Source of the DNA: Cupriavidus necator
GTDB taxonomy: Bacteria; Pseudomonadota; Gammaproteobacteria; Burkholderiales; Burkholderiaceae
NCBI RefSeq assembly: GCF_016127575.1
Contig: NZ_CP066018.1
Location: 3,720,001-3,752,000 of the forward strand
DNA length: 32,000 bases
Reading direction: 5' to 3'
Part shown: positions 17,064 through 25,800 of the stretch, piece by piece
How the letters are laid out: each line of letters starts with the position of its first letter
How positions within the stretch are numbered: the stretch's first letter is position 1
Notes under the pieces: model-generated
Databases searched by the model: none
Told to the model about the DNA's origin: nothing
What the model saw: the letters and a program-made list of their open reading frames with translations, nothing else
Position numbers and translations under genes: made by a program

Positions 17064-17806
17064 TCAGGGCCGTCGATGTTCCGATGGTGTTGCGGCGATC
17101 CCGGGGACTTGCCGTTGGTAATCGGAAGGCGCCATCCCCTCCCAGCGCCTGAAGGCACGTCTGAAATTCGCCAGGTCACTGAAGCCGAGCGTGAATGCGA
17201 TCTCCTGGATAGTCAGCCGATTCGCCTTCAGGTGCACAATTGCCAGCCGGCGGCGGATATCGTCCAGAATTTCACGATAGGAGGCCCCCTCCTCCATCAG
17301 CTTGCGATGAAGCGTTCGCGGCGTCATGTTAAGGTGCCGCGCGGTGGCGAGCAGCGTGGGAAATCCACCTTCCTTCTCGAGCATCAGGCGCCTGACCCGG
17401 GCCGTCAGCGTCTGCTGGCGATTGAGCTTGCCAAACTGTTCCTTGCACAGCTTTACGGCTTCAAGAAAGACCTGGGGATTGCCGGTCTTGAGCGGCTGAT
17501 CCAGGTACGCCACCGGAAATTCCAGGCCGGCCCAGGTCTCGTCATAGCGTACCTGGCAGCGAAACAGGCTTGCGGCCAGCAGAGGAATCACGCCTGCCTG
17601 GTAGCGCTCGCTACATGCTGACGCAGCTCGGCGAGGACCGCATCGACGGCATCCGCCAGGCGGATTCGCGCGAGCGCGTGTTCGGCGCGGGGCCCGGACT
17701 GCTGGTGCAAGGTGATGGCTGGCAGGTCTTGCTGAACGCATACAAGGAATGGGGCGCAAGAAATCGCCCGGAAGGCAGCAAGACGTCCTGCGGGTGCTGG
17801 CGCCAC
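17064..17806 (-). pseudogene. AraC-family transcriptional regulator, probably frameshifted and N-terminally short
   Basis: The C-terminal HTH pair is clear (ATARHLNMTPRTLHRKLMEEGASYREILDDIRRRLAIVHL..IQEIAFTLGFSDLANFRRAFRRWEGMAPSDY). Plausible upstream coding (MAPAPAGRLAAFRAISCAPFLVCVQQDL..AVLAELRQHV) is in a different frame (ORF 17588-17806), implying a frameshift near 17590-17625. Related regulators with an arabinose-binding-like domain are ~100 aa longer. Confidence 0.5.
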
Positions 17807-17883
17807 TATGAGTTTGCGGCCTGGCAGCCTCGCGCGAAGCGCGAATCATGGCGCGCGGCAAGGATGCACCGGCCCGATTGTGC

Positions 17884-18447
17884 TCAGCCCGCGCGCGGGC
17901 CCTCCACGAACGCGGCGAAGCCGGCAACGAACTCCCTGAGCCGCGCACGCATGCCGGCATCGGTGAGTTCGCCCTGCGCGTCGAATACCTGGCCGGCCCG
18001 CGCAACCAGCAGCCGGTTGCCGGTATAGTGCCGCGTGCCCAGCGTCTTGAGCACCGGCAGCCAGTCGTTCTGTGCCAGCACCGTGCCGAAGCCCCCGGCC
18101 GAGGCGCCGAGCACCGCAACCGGGCGATTGCCGAAGACCACGGGAATATCCCCGGCCGGCCGCGAGAGCCAGTCGATAGCGTTCTTGAAGACCCCGGGGA
18201 TGCCATTGTTGTATTCAGGCGTGGCCAGAATCAGGCCATCGCTCGCCATGACCTGTTCGCGCAACGCCACCACGGCGGCGGGCAAGCCCTCACGCGCCTC
18301 CAGATCCGCATCGTAAAGCGGAATGCCATGCAGGGTGGCGATATCAAGCCGGACCTGCGTGCCCGCCTCAGCCTGCGCCGCCCGCAGCAGTGCGGTGTTG
18401 TACGACTGTGCCCGCAGGCTGCCGGAAATTCCCAGGATCTGGATCAT
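17884..18447 (-). CDS. NADPH-dependent FMN reductase family protein
   Basis: The 187-aa product MIQILGISGSLRAQSYNTALL..LILATPEYNNGIPGVFKNAIDWLSRP..VAVLGASAGGFG shows the typical flavodoxin-like FMN_red pattern. An SD (AGAGG) lies upstream. Confidence 0.9.
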   Translation of the reverse strand: MIQILGISGSLRAQSYNTALLRAAQAEAGTQVRLDIATLHGIPLYDADLEAREGLPAAVVALREQVMASDGLILATPEYNNGIPGVFKNAIDWLSRPAGDIPVVFGNRPVAVLGASAGGFGTVLAQNDWLPVLKTLGTRHYTGNRLLVARAGQVFDAQGELTDAGMRARLREFVAGFAAFVEGPRAG

Positions 18448-18564
18448 TTGTCACACCTCTTTTCATGAAGATGAAGGATACAGTTTTGCTCATTATCCAG
18501 CATGATAGAGCCTTGCCGGCGCGGAATGACTCCACCGCGCCTACACACTTGAACTCCCACTCGA

Positions 18565-19389
18565 ATGCTGAAACGAACCGTGATGAAGATACGAGCGGCC
18601 CCAGTCTGGCGTTCGCTTGCCGCGGCCTGGCTCGCCGCAGGCGGTCTGCTCGGGACCGCGTCGCACCGCGTGCACGCCGGACAGATATGCGATGCGCCCT
18701 ATGTCCATGACGGCGGACGGATCCGCTTCGAAGCGGACGGATTGACGCCGATGACAACCATTGCCTTCTTCCGCAACGTCAACGACTTCGAGCGCGACCT
18801 TTGCTCGTTCGATCTGGACATCTATTCCAGGTCCGCCCTCCGGCGCTTGATGGGGCCGCCCGTCGAGACCGTGCAGCGTCACCGGCTCGTGATTGACGAA
18901 CGCTCGGGACAGCCAGTCGTGCGCAGCCTCAATGCACGCGTTCAGGCCCACGGCCAGTACACCGAGCTGGTCGGGGAAATGAGTACCAACTCGAACGGAC
19001 TGCTGCTGTATCCGCCGGCGCTGACAGAGGGCCAGGTACTCCCGGCGGAAACGTTTGCGTCCCGCTACGACTTTCGTATTGTGGATCGCCGCACCGGCAC
19101 CACGGTCTCTGATTTCGTTGGTTCCAATGTTCGCCTGACCTTGTCTGAGCGGACGGTGGGTCCGCTGCAGCGCCTGAAGCTTGCCACCGGCACCCTCCTC
19201 TGCTGGCCGATCCGATATACCAAGTTCGTGGATCCTGGCCGCTTTCGGCTGGTCGATACGGATATCGAACTGGAGCCGACGGTGCTCGACATGACCGACT
19301 GGTATTGTCCCGCCCGGCGATTCGTCATGCGCCAGGAAGTTCGCTACAAAAATCAGCACCAGGTTGTCGATGTGGTGGAAATTGAATAG
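18565..19389 (+). CDS. Exported hypothetical protein (signal peptide, four Cys)
   Basis: The N-terminus MLKRTVMKIRAAPVWRSLAAAWLAAGGLLGTASHRVHA-GQ looks like a Sec signal peptide. Amino-acid composition is balanced, unlike the Arg/Gly/Pro-rich antisense ORF 18541-19611. I recognise no family. Confidence 0.6.
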   Translation: MLKRTVMKIRAAPVWRSLAAAWLAAGGLLGTASHRVHAGQICDAPYVHDGGRIRFEADGLTPMTTIAFFRNVNDFERDLCSFDLDIYSRSALRRLMGPPVETVQRHRLVIDERSGQPVVRSLNARVQAHGQYTELVGEMSTNSNGLLLYPPALTEGQVLPAETFASRYDFRIVDRRTGTTVSDFVGSNVRLTLSERTVGPLQRLKLATGTLLCWPIRYTKFVDPGRFRLVDTDIELEPTVLDMTDWYCPARRFVMRQEVRYKNQHQVVDVVEIE

Positions 19390-19452
19390 GGCAGCCGCTG
19401 AAGGGTTTCGCCATTGGAACACCTGCATTGCATAGCGCCAATCTGTGGCGGG

Positions 19453-19476
19453 AAAAAGCGCCCGATCAACGGGCGC
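19453..19476 (-). terminator. Rho-independent terminator candidate for the Bug-family gene
   Basis: On the minus strand, GCGCCCG-TTGAT-CGGGCGC is followed by TTTTT. It lies ~140 nt downstream of the 19612 stop. Confidence 0.5.
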
Positions 19477-19611
19477 AAACGGAGACGACCACGGAGGTAA
19501 AGCAGGCCCGGCTCCAGAAAGAATGTCGCAGCAAACGGCAGCGGGGATAGCAAGGCGGGCCGACATGCCGTCCGGCCCGATGGACACGCCGACTGTCTCG
19601 CCCCCCGTCAC

Positions 19612-20622
19612 TCAATCGACCTGTGCTCCCGAGTCCTTGACGACCTTCGCCCATTTCACCAGATCGTCCTTGATCAGAACGCGGAACTGCTCTGGCGTAT
19701 TGGATGCGGCCTCTGCTCCTTGCGCGGCCAGCTTGTCCTGCACGTCCTTGCTATTCAGGACTTTGGTGGCCTCCGCATGAAGCTGGGCAAGAATTTCCTT
19801 TGGCGTACCGGCTGGCGCAAGCAACCCATACCAGGAGACCGCGCTGTACCCGGGAATGGCCTCCCCTATCGCCGGCACCTCGGGAATCAGTCTTGACCGT
19901 TTCTCTGTGGCCACGCCAAGTACGCGGAGTTGCCCCGTTTTCACGAACGGCATCACGCCTGGCAAGCTGCCGAACGTTATGGGAACCTGGCCGGCAACCA
20001 CGTCAGTAGCCGCTGCCGCTGCGCTCTTGTACGGAACGTGAGTAATATCGATGCCAGCCTTTGCCTTCAGCATTTCCCCGAGCAGATGATTCAGCGTGCC
20101 ATTGCCCGCGGAGGCATAGTCCAGTTTTCCTGGCTTCGACCTGGCCAGGCCAATCAGATCGTGGACAGACCTGGCCTGGATTGCGGGGTTCGTGACCAGC
20201 ACGTACGGCGCCGTTGCCACCAGCGTAATCGGCTCGAAGTCCTTGACCGGATCAAACGGAATCTTCCGGTATAGCGACGGGTTGATGGTGAACGAACTGC
20301 CGACTGTCAGCAGTAGCGTGTAGCCGTCGCGCGGTGCCTTCGCGGCTACCTGGATGCCGATATTGCCACCGGCGCCCGGCCGGTTGTCGACGACAATGGG
20401 GTGGCCCAGCACCGCACCGAGTCTTTGCGCCACGATTCTCGCCACGGCATCGTTGGCACCACCAGGCGCTTGTGGAACGATCAGTGTCACCGGCTTCACC
20501 GGATACCCACTCGCCCAGCCTGAGCCGCTTATCATTAGCGCGGGAACCAAGCCTCCAGTACGGAGAAGACGCAATGCCTTCCCTTTGATACCTTTCAATT
20601 CATGTCTCCTTTGAAGCGGCAT
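19612..20622 (-). CDS. Bug-family (TctC-like) tripartite tricarboxylate transporter substrate-binding protein
   Basis: YPVKPVTLIVPQAPGGANDAVARIVAQRLGAVLGHPIVVDNRPGAGGNIG..APRDGYTLLL is the Bug-family signature. The likely start is MPLQRRHELKG.. (ATG 20622), followed by a signal-like segment. The 20697 start is not supported. Confidence 0.85.
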   Translation of the reverse strand: MPLQRRHELKGIKGKALRLLRTGGLVPALMISGSGWASGYPVKPVTLIVPQAPGGANDAVARIVAQRLGAVLGHPIVVDNRPGAGGNIGIQVAAKAPRDGYTLLLTVGSSFTINPSLYRKIPFDPVKDFEPITLVATAPYVLVTNPAIQARSVHDLIGLARSKPGKLDYASAGNGTLNHLLGEMLKAKAGIDITHVPYKSAAAAATDVVAGQVPITFGSLPGVMPFVKTGQLRVLGVATEKRSRLIPEVPAIGEAIPGYSAVSWYGLLAPAGTPKEILAQLHAEATKVLNSKDVQDKLAAQGAEAASNTPEQFRVLIKDDLVKWAKVVKDSGAQVD

Positions 20623-20990
20623 GCCACCAGTTGTGAAGCATAAGCAGCAAGCCGTGATTCGATGAGGATGAAAGAGGTGAAGGGTGTCGTAAAGCAATAA
20701 ATGGCGAGCGTGCCATCGCGTTTGGTGATGGCCGAATGGTGGCTACGGGGCGGATGGTTGGAAGTGAAGCCATGCAGGATGCATCTGACCCGGCCGGACT
20801 TTCAGGCGCTAACGCCACGCCTGAAGGGATGCGCCAGCCAGGCCTGGCCTGCAAGGCAAGGTTGCCGTCATTGCCCGCGCTGGCTACGCTGCAAGCGTGG
20901 CGCACGCCAGCTTCTGCGTGACGGCCGGCTGGCCGTCCCCGGCCGGCTTGCTCGCCGTTCCTTGCACATATCCTTCCCGGAGATTGCGGC

Positions 20991-21359
20991 ATGGCCATCC
21001 AGCTCAACCACACCATCGTCTTTTCTCACGACAAGAAGGTCTCCGCCGACTTCCTCTGCGAGATCCTCGGACGTCCCCCGGCCGAGCCGTTCGGGCCGTT
21101 TCTCGGCGTGCGGCTGGACAATGACGTGACCCTGGACTTCATGGACGCGGAGGGCGATGTTGCCCTGCAGCACTATGCCTTCCTGGTCAGCGACGCCGAA
21201 TTCGATCAGGGCTTTGCCCGCGTCCGCGCGCGCAACCTGACCTACTGGGCGGACCCGTACCGCCGCCGCCCAGGCGAGGTCAACACCGACGATGGCGGCC
21301 GTCGGATCTACTTCGAGGATCCGAGCAAGCACTTTCTGGAGATCTTTACGAAGGGCTAG
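20991..21359 (+). CDS. VOC-family protein (glyoxalase/bleomycin-resistance/dioxygenase fold)
   Basis: The product is 122 aa. LNHTIVFSHDKKVSADFLCEILG...QHYAFLVSDAEFD...RRIYFEDPSKHFLEI is the typical paired beta-alpha-beta-beta-beta pattern. GGAG lies 8 nt upstream. Confidence 0.8.
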   Translation: MAIQLNHTIVFSHDKKVSADFLCEILGRPPAEPFGPFLGVRLDNDVTLDFMDAEGDVALQHYAFLVSDAEFDQGFARVRARNLTYWADPYRRRPGEVNTDDGGRRIYFEDPSKHFLEIFTKG

Positions 21360-21517
21360 TGTCCTGTCATGAGCCTTTGACGAGACACTGGCGCCCTGCC
21401 ACGCCAGCTCGATGCTTTGCAGCGTTGACTGCGCTTGGTTGATGCGGTTGCACCCCATAGAATGAAGTTGCGCCTTGGAAAGCGGCTCTGGTTTCTGCCG
21501 CATCAAAGGAGGATGTC

Positions 21518-22042
21518 ATGGAACTTCATATGCAATCGCATCGCTACGCGCACCGGTGGCCGGACTGGCGTGCGGCGGCGCTGGCGGGCCTCGTCGCCGG
21601 GGTGGTATTCCTGGTGCTCGACTTGCTGGCGGCCATGCTGATGGGGGCCAGCGTCTGGAAGCCGCTGACCATGATCGCGGCCATCATGCTGGGCCCTGAT
21701 GTGCTGGCGCAAGCTGCCACCTTCCAGATGAGCGTGCTGGTAGCGGCCGTGGTGGTCCACTTCGTGCTCTCTGTCGTGTTCGCGGTGATCCTGGCAGCGA
21801 TCATGGCGCCGTTCCGTTTCGATTCGAGCGTCGGCATGGCCTCGGTGGTGGGGGCGCTGTTCGGCCTGGTCCTGTACCTGGTCAATTTTCACGGCATGAC
21901 TGCCGTCTTCCCATGGTTTGCCGAAGCGCGAGGCTGGGTGACCGCCATTGCCCACATCGTGTTCGGCCTGGTCGCGGCTGACTCGTATCTGAAACTGGAG
22001 CGGCACGTGGATGCGTCCGCCGGCGGAACTGGCGGTACCTAG
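21518..22042 (+). CDS. Hypothetical integral membrane protein (about four TM segments)
   Basis: A strong SD (AAAGGAGGA) spans 21505-21513. Four hydrophobic stretches are visible (LAGLVAGVVFLVLDLLAAML, LTMIAAIML.., VLVAAVVVHFVLSVVFAVILAAI, VVGALFGLVLYLV / VTAIAHIVFGLVAA). Confidence 0.7.
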   Translation: MELHMQSHRYAHRWPDWRAAALAGLVAGVVFLVLDLLAAMLMGASVWKPLTMIAAIMLGPDVLAQAATFQMSVLVAAVVVHFVLSVVFAVILAAIMAPFRFDSSVGMASVVGALFGLVLYLVNFHGMTAVFPWFAEARGWVTAIAHIVFGLVAADSYLKLERHVDASAGGTGGT

Positions 22043-22083
22043 GAGAGCAAGCGCAAAACGAGCAGCGGCAAGGCGCGCGATCC

Positions 22084-22836
22084 ATGCAGACCGTCGCCTA
22101 TCCCTATCAGCCAGTGCCTGAACGGGGCACCCTGAGGTGCTTCCTGCTGGCCTTGTTCATGCACCTGCTGCTGGGTGCCCTGCTCTACTATGGCGTGCGC
22201 TGGCGCAGCGCGGCGCCGGAGGGTATCGCGGCCGAACTGTGGGAGGCGATCCCGGAAGCCGCAACGCCAGCGCCTGCAATCACGCCGGCGCCAAGCCCGA
22301 AGCCGGTCGAAGAGGAAGACGCCGACATCTCGCTGCAGGAAAAGCAGCGCAAGGCCGAGCAGGCCGCGCGCGACCAGGCACAAGCACGGCAGCGCGAGAA
22401 CCAGGCCCGTGCCGAAGCGGCCCGCAAGGAGGCGCAGCGCAAGGCGACGGAAGCGCAGCGCCAGGCCGACAATGCCCAGCGCCAGGGCGAACTGGCGCGA
22501 TTGCGGTCGCAGGCGGGCAATTCGGGAACACGGGTCGGCTCCGGCTCCGGCACCAAGCCTTCGTCCGGTTATGCCGAGCGGGTCCGGCAGCGGGTCAAGC
22601 CGAACATCATTTTCAATGAAGACGTCAGCGGCAATCCGGCGGCGGTGGTGGCCGTGGGCATGGCGCCGGATGGCTCGGTGCTGTCGACGCGGCTCGCCAA
22701 GTCAAGCGGCAATGCGGCCTGGGACAACGCCGTGCTGCGCGCGGTGCAGCGATCCGACCCGCTGCCGCGCGACGAAAACGGCGTTGCACCGTCCAATATC
22801 CTCATTACTTTCTGGCCCAAGGACGAAGGCGGCTAG
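22084..22836 (+). CDS. TolA-like / TonB-C-terminal-domain cell-envelope protein
   Basis: It has an N-terminal anchor (CFLLALFMHLLLGALLYYGV) and a Pro-rich linker. A long charged QRKAEQAARDQAQARQRENQARAEAARKEAQRKATEAQRQ helix follows, then a C-terminal YAERVRQRVKPNIIF..GNPAAVVAV..APDGSVL..KSSGNAAWDNAVLRAV..PLP block, as in TolA domain III. Confidence 0.75.
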   Translation: MQTVAYPYQPVPERGTLRCFLLALFMHLLLGALLYYGVRWRSAAPEGIAAELWEAIPEAATPAPAITPAPSPKPVEEEDADISLQEKQRKAEQAARDQAQARQRENQARAEAARKEAQRKATEAQRQADNAQRQGELARLRSQAGNSGTRVGSGSGTKPSSGYAERVRQRVKPNIIFNEDVSGNPAAVVAVGMAPDGSVLSTRLAKSSGNAAWDNAVLRAVQRSDPLPRDENGVAPSNILITFWPKDEGG

Positions 22837-22866
22837 TAGTGCCGCCTCCTGTGCCCTGTCCAGGCG

Positions 22867-25800
22867 CTACGCCTCTATGTAGCCCTTGCGCAGTTTCTCC
22901 GCCACCAGCTTGTCCGCCTCGCGCCGTGCCCGCTCGGCGCTGTCGAAGGTCTTCACGCTGGTCTGCCCTGTGCTGCCGATGCGGCCGTAGGTGACGGAGA
23001 GCTCCGCCCCGCGTACGCTGGCACGCCAGAACTTGCGCGATGTGCCCTGTTCGAAGCGCAGGCTCCGAACCAGTTCCGCTTGCGCAGCCGATGCCGTCGC
23101 CGCGTCCGTCCGGGCCTCGCCCGTTGACGCCGGATCCTGCGCCGCGGCCGGCTTCGCCAACGGCACCGGCATCTCGACCTCCACGTCCAGCGCGCGATCC
23201 TCGCCATCGGCCAGCATGGCCTCGATGCGGGCCAGCACCGCGTCCCGATCGTCGAGCCAGTCCTTGCCGGGGATGTCCAGCACCAGCCAGCCGAAGCCGC
23301 GCAGGACGCCGGGGCGGAACACATAGCGCTCGGCGGTGTCCGTCACCGGCTCGGACGGCGCATCGAGCAGGATCGCCAGCGCGTAGCCTTGTCCCGACGG
23401 ATCGGCGATGGCCAGGTCGCAGCGGAACTGCGAGCGGCCGACGTTGGCGTGCACCTGGTGGCCGCGCGCACGCAGCGCCTCGGCCAGTGCGTCGCGGACG
23501 CTGTCCGGCGTGGCCTCGCGCGTGAAGGCGTCGCGCGCGCCGGGGTTCAGCGCGCCGAGCACCGACTGGGCGCGTTCGAACTGCCCGCGCGCGCTGGCCT
23601 GCGCGAACTGCAGGAACGCACGCAGCGCGGCCGCGCCATCGTTGTGCACGTTGGTGATCGCCTCGGCCTGGATCGTCGACACCACCGCCATCCGATGGCG
23701 CGCGCGGCTGAAGATCACGTTCAGCCGCTTCTCGCCGCCGCGCTGGTTGATCGGGCCGAAGTTCATCAGCATCTTGCCGTCCGGCCCCGGCGCGTAGCAG
23801 ATGCTCAGGATGATCACGTCGCGCTCGTCGCCTTGCACGTTCTCCAGGTTCTTGACGAACAGTCCGTTGAACTGGTCGTCGTCCTCGCGCACGTACTCGC
23901 GCTCGAGGCGCATCGCGAAGTCCGCGTCCTCGGCGGCCAGCGCCTCGAGCGCGGACTCGATGGCGCCCTGCTGCGCCTCTGAAAACGCCACGATGCCCAG
24001 GCTCAGCCCGGTCTCGCGCCGCAGCAGCTCGCGCACGGTCCGGGCGATGTAGTTCGCCTCCTGCGCATTGCGGCGCTCCGCGTAGACGCCGTCGGCCAGC
24101 CGGTGGAAGCTGACCGGCCGCGCCAGCAGCGCGTCGGCGCCCGCGATGCCGGCATCTTCCTGGTCCGAACGCAGCGCAGGCGCCTCGTCCTCGGCCTGCT
24201 CCAGCAAACGGTCGGGAATGGTGACCAGGCGTCCGTCGTAGAACGCCGCGTTGGAAAAGCTGATCAGCGACTCGTGACGGCTGCGGTAGTGCCACGCCAG
24301 CAGCGTGGCGGGCAGGTTGCGCGCGGCCTGGTTCAGCAGGCTGTCCGAATCGAGATTGATCGCGATGCGCTCGCCCTCCTCTTCCACGACGATCTCGTCG
24401 TCGCCCTCGGCACCGCCGGCCGTGAAGAAACTTGTCGGCGGCAGCTGCATCTCGTCGCCGACCACCACCACCTGGCGCGCGCGGCTCAGCGCCGGCACGG
24501 CCTCCTCGGTCGGAATCTGGCTGGCCTCGTCGAAGATCACCACGTCGAACAGATCAGGCGACAGCGGCAGCGTGTCGGACACCGACAATGGACTCATCAG
24601 CCAGATCGGCTTCAGGTCGTTGATGACGAGGCCGGTCTCGTCGTCGCAGAGATCGCGGATCGAGCGGTGGCGCATGCTCTTGCCGAACTCGTGCTCCAGT
24701 TCGCGGCGACCCGTGGCGTATTGTTTCTTGAACGCCTTGCCGTCGGCGTCCAGCATCGTGGCCGACAGCGAGGACACGCGCACGTGCTCGGCAAACTGCC
24801 GGTGCCGCGTGGCGCGAACCACTTGCGCGTTCAGCGCGAGCAGTTCACGCTGCCCTTGCGCCACGGCGCGCGCAGCCTGCGCCAGCGCCGCGCCGCCAAA
24901 GCGCGCCAGCACCGGGTTCTCGCGCGTGAGACGGCGCAGTGCCTCATCGGCGACCAGCGCCTCGAGCTGCACCGGTGCGTGATCGAGCCACTGCAGCATG
25001 GCGGCACAGGCGGGGTCGCCCGCATGCACCGCGCGCAACAGCGGCAACAGGTCTGGCAGGTCGTCCAGCGCCTCGCGCAGGTCGCGCAGCAGTTCGGCGA
25101 TGTCGCCGAGGCGCGCATCGGCGGCCAGCGCCAGCCCGTCGCGTACACGCTGCGCGAGCTTCTCCAGCGACTCGCGCGCACCGGCCTCGGCGCGCGCCGC
25201 CGCGACCGGGTCGACAGCCTGGCGCAAGTGCGCGACCAGTTCGCGCGGGCCTGCGCCCGACTGCAGGCGCCGCTCGAGTTCGCCGAGCGCGCGCAGGAAA
25301 GCCCGCATCTCGCCGACCCCGTAGCGGCGGCGGCTGTCGGCATCGGCCGCCGCCAGCGCGGCGCTCGCGGCGTGCTCAGCGGCCAGCGCTTCCAGCACCT
25401 TGCCGTAGCCCGGATGGACGGCGTGCTTGCCGAAGTCATAGCGGCGCTTCAGTTCGCCGCGCAGCCGCCACCATGCGGGCTGCAGCCAGCGCGCGAACGA
25501 CGGCTCCAGCCGCCGCGCGAGCGCCAGCGCCGATTCGGTATCGCCGGGGCTCAGCTTGTCCTGCCAGTTAGACGTTGCGGCTTGCGCGTCGGCGAGTGCC
25601 TGTGTGCGCGACTCCAGCTCCGCGCGGATCTCGCGCAGCGCGGCTTGCGCCGGCGAGGCCGCGTCGAGCAGGTCCAGATGCGCGGCCAGGCCCGTGTCGA
25701 GCAGCCACTGGCTGTCGGCGGCGATTGCGCGTGCCTGCTCCAGCGCGGTGTCCTGGCCGGTCAGGCTGGCGGTACTGTCGAGCAGCGGGTCGAGCGCATC

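Noticed and set aside
17807-18206. Treating ORF 17064-18206 as one 380-aa AraC protein
   Set aside because: Its N-terminal half overlaps the well-supported FMN reductase gene in a different frame and is compositionally non-protein-like.
18541-19611. A 356-aa minus-strand ORF covering the exported-protein gene
   Set aside because: It has no start context or motifs and a Gly/Arg/Pro-rich composition. The plus-strand ORF has a signal peptide and a balanced composition.
22828-22846. The hairpin GGCGGC-TAGTAGT-GCCGCC between the convergent TolA-like and giant genes as a bidirectional terminator
   Set aside because: The stem is only 6 bp, has no flanking T/A tracts, and overlaps the TolA-like stop codon. 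The evidence is too weak to annotate.
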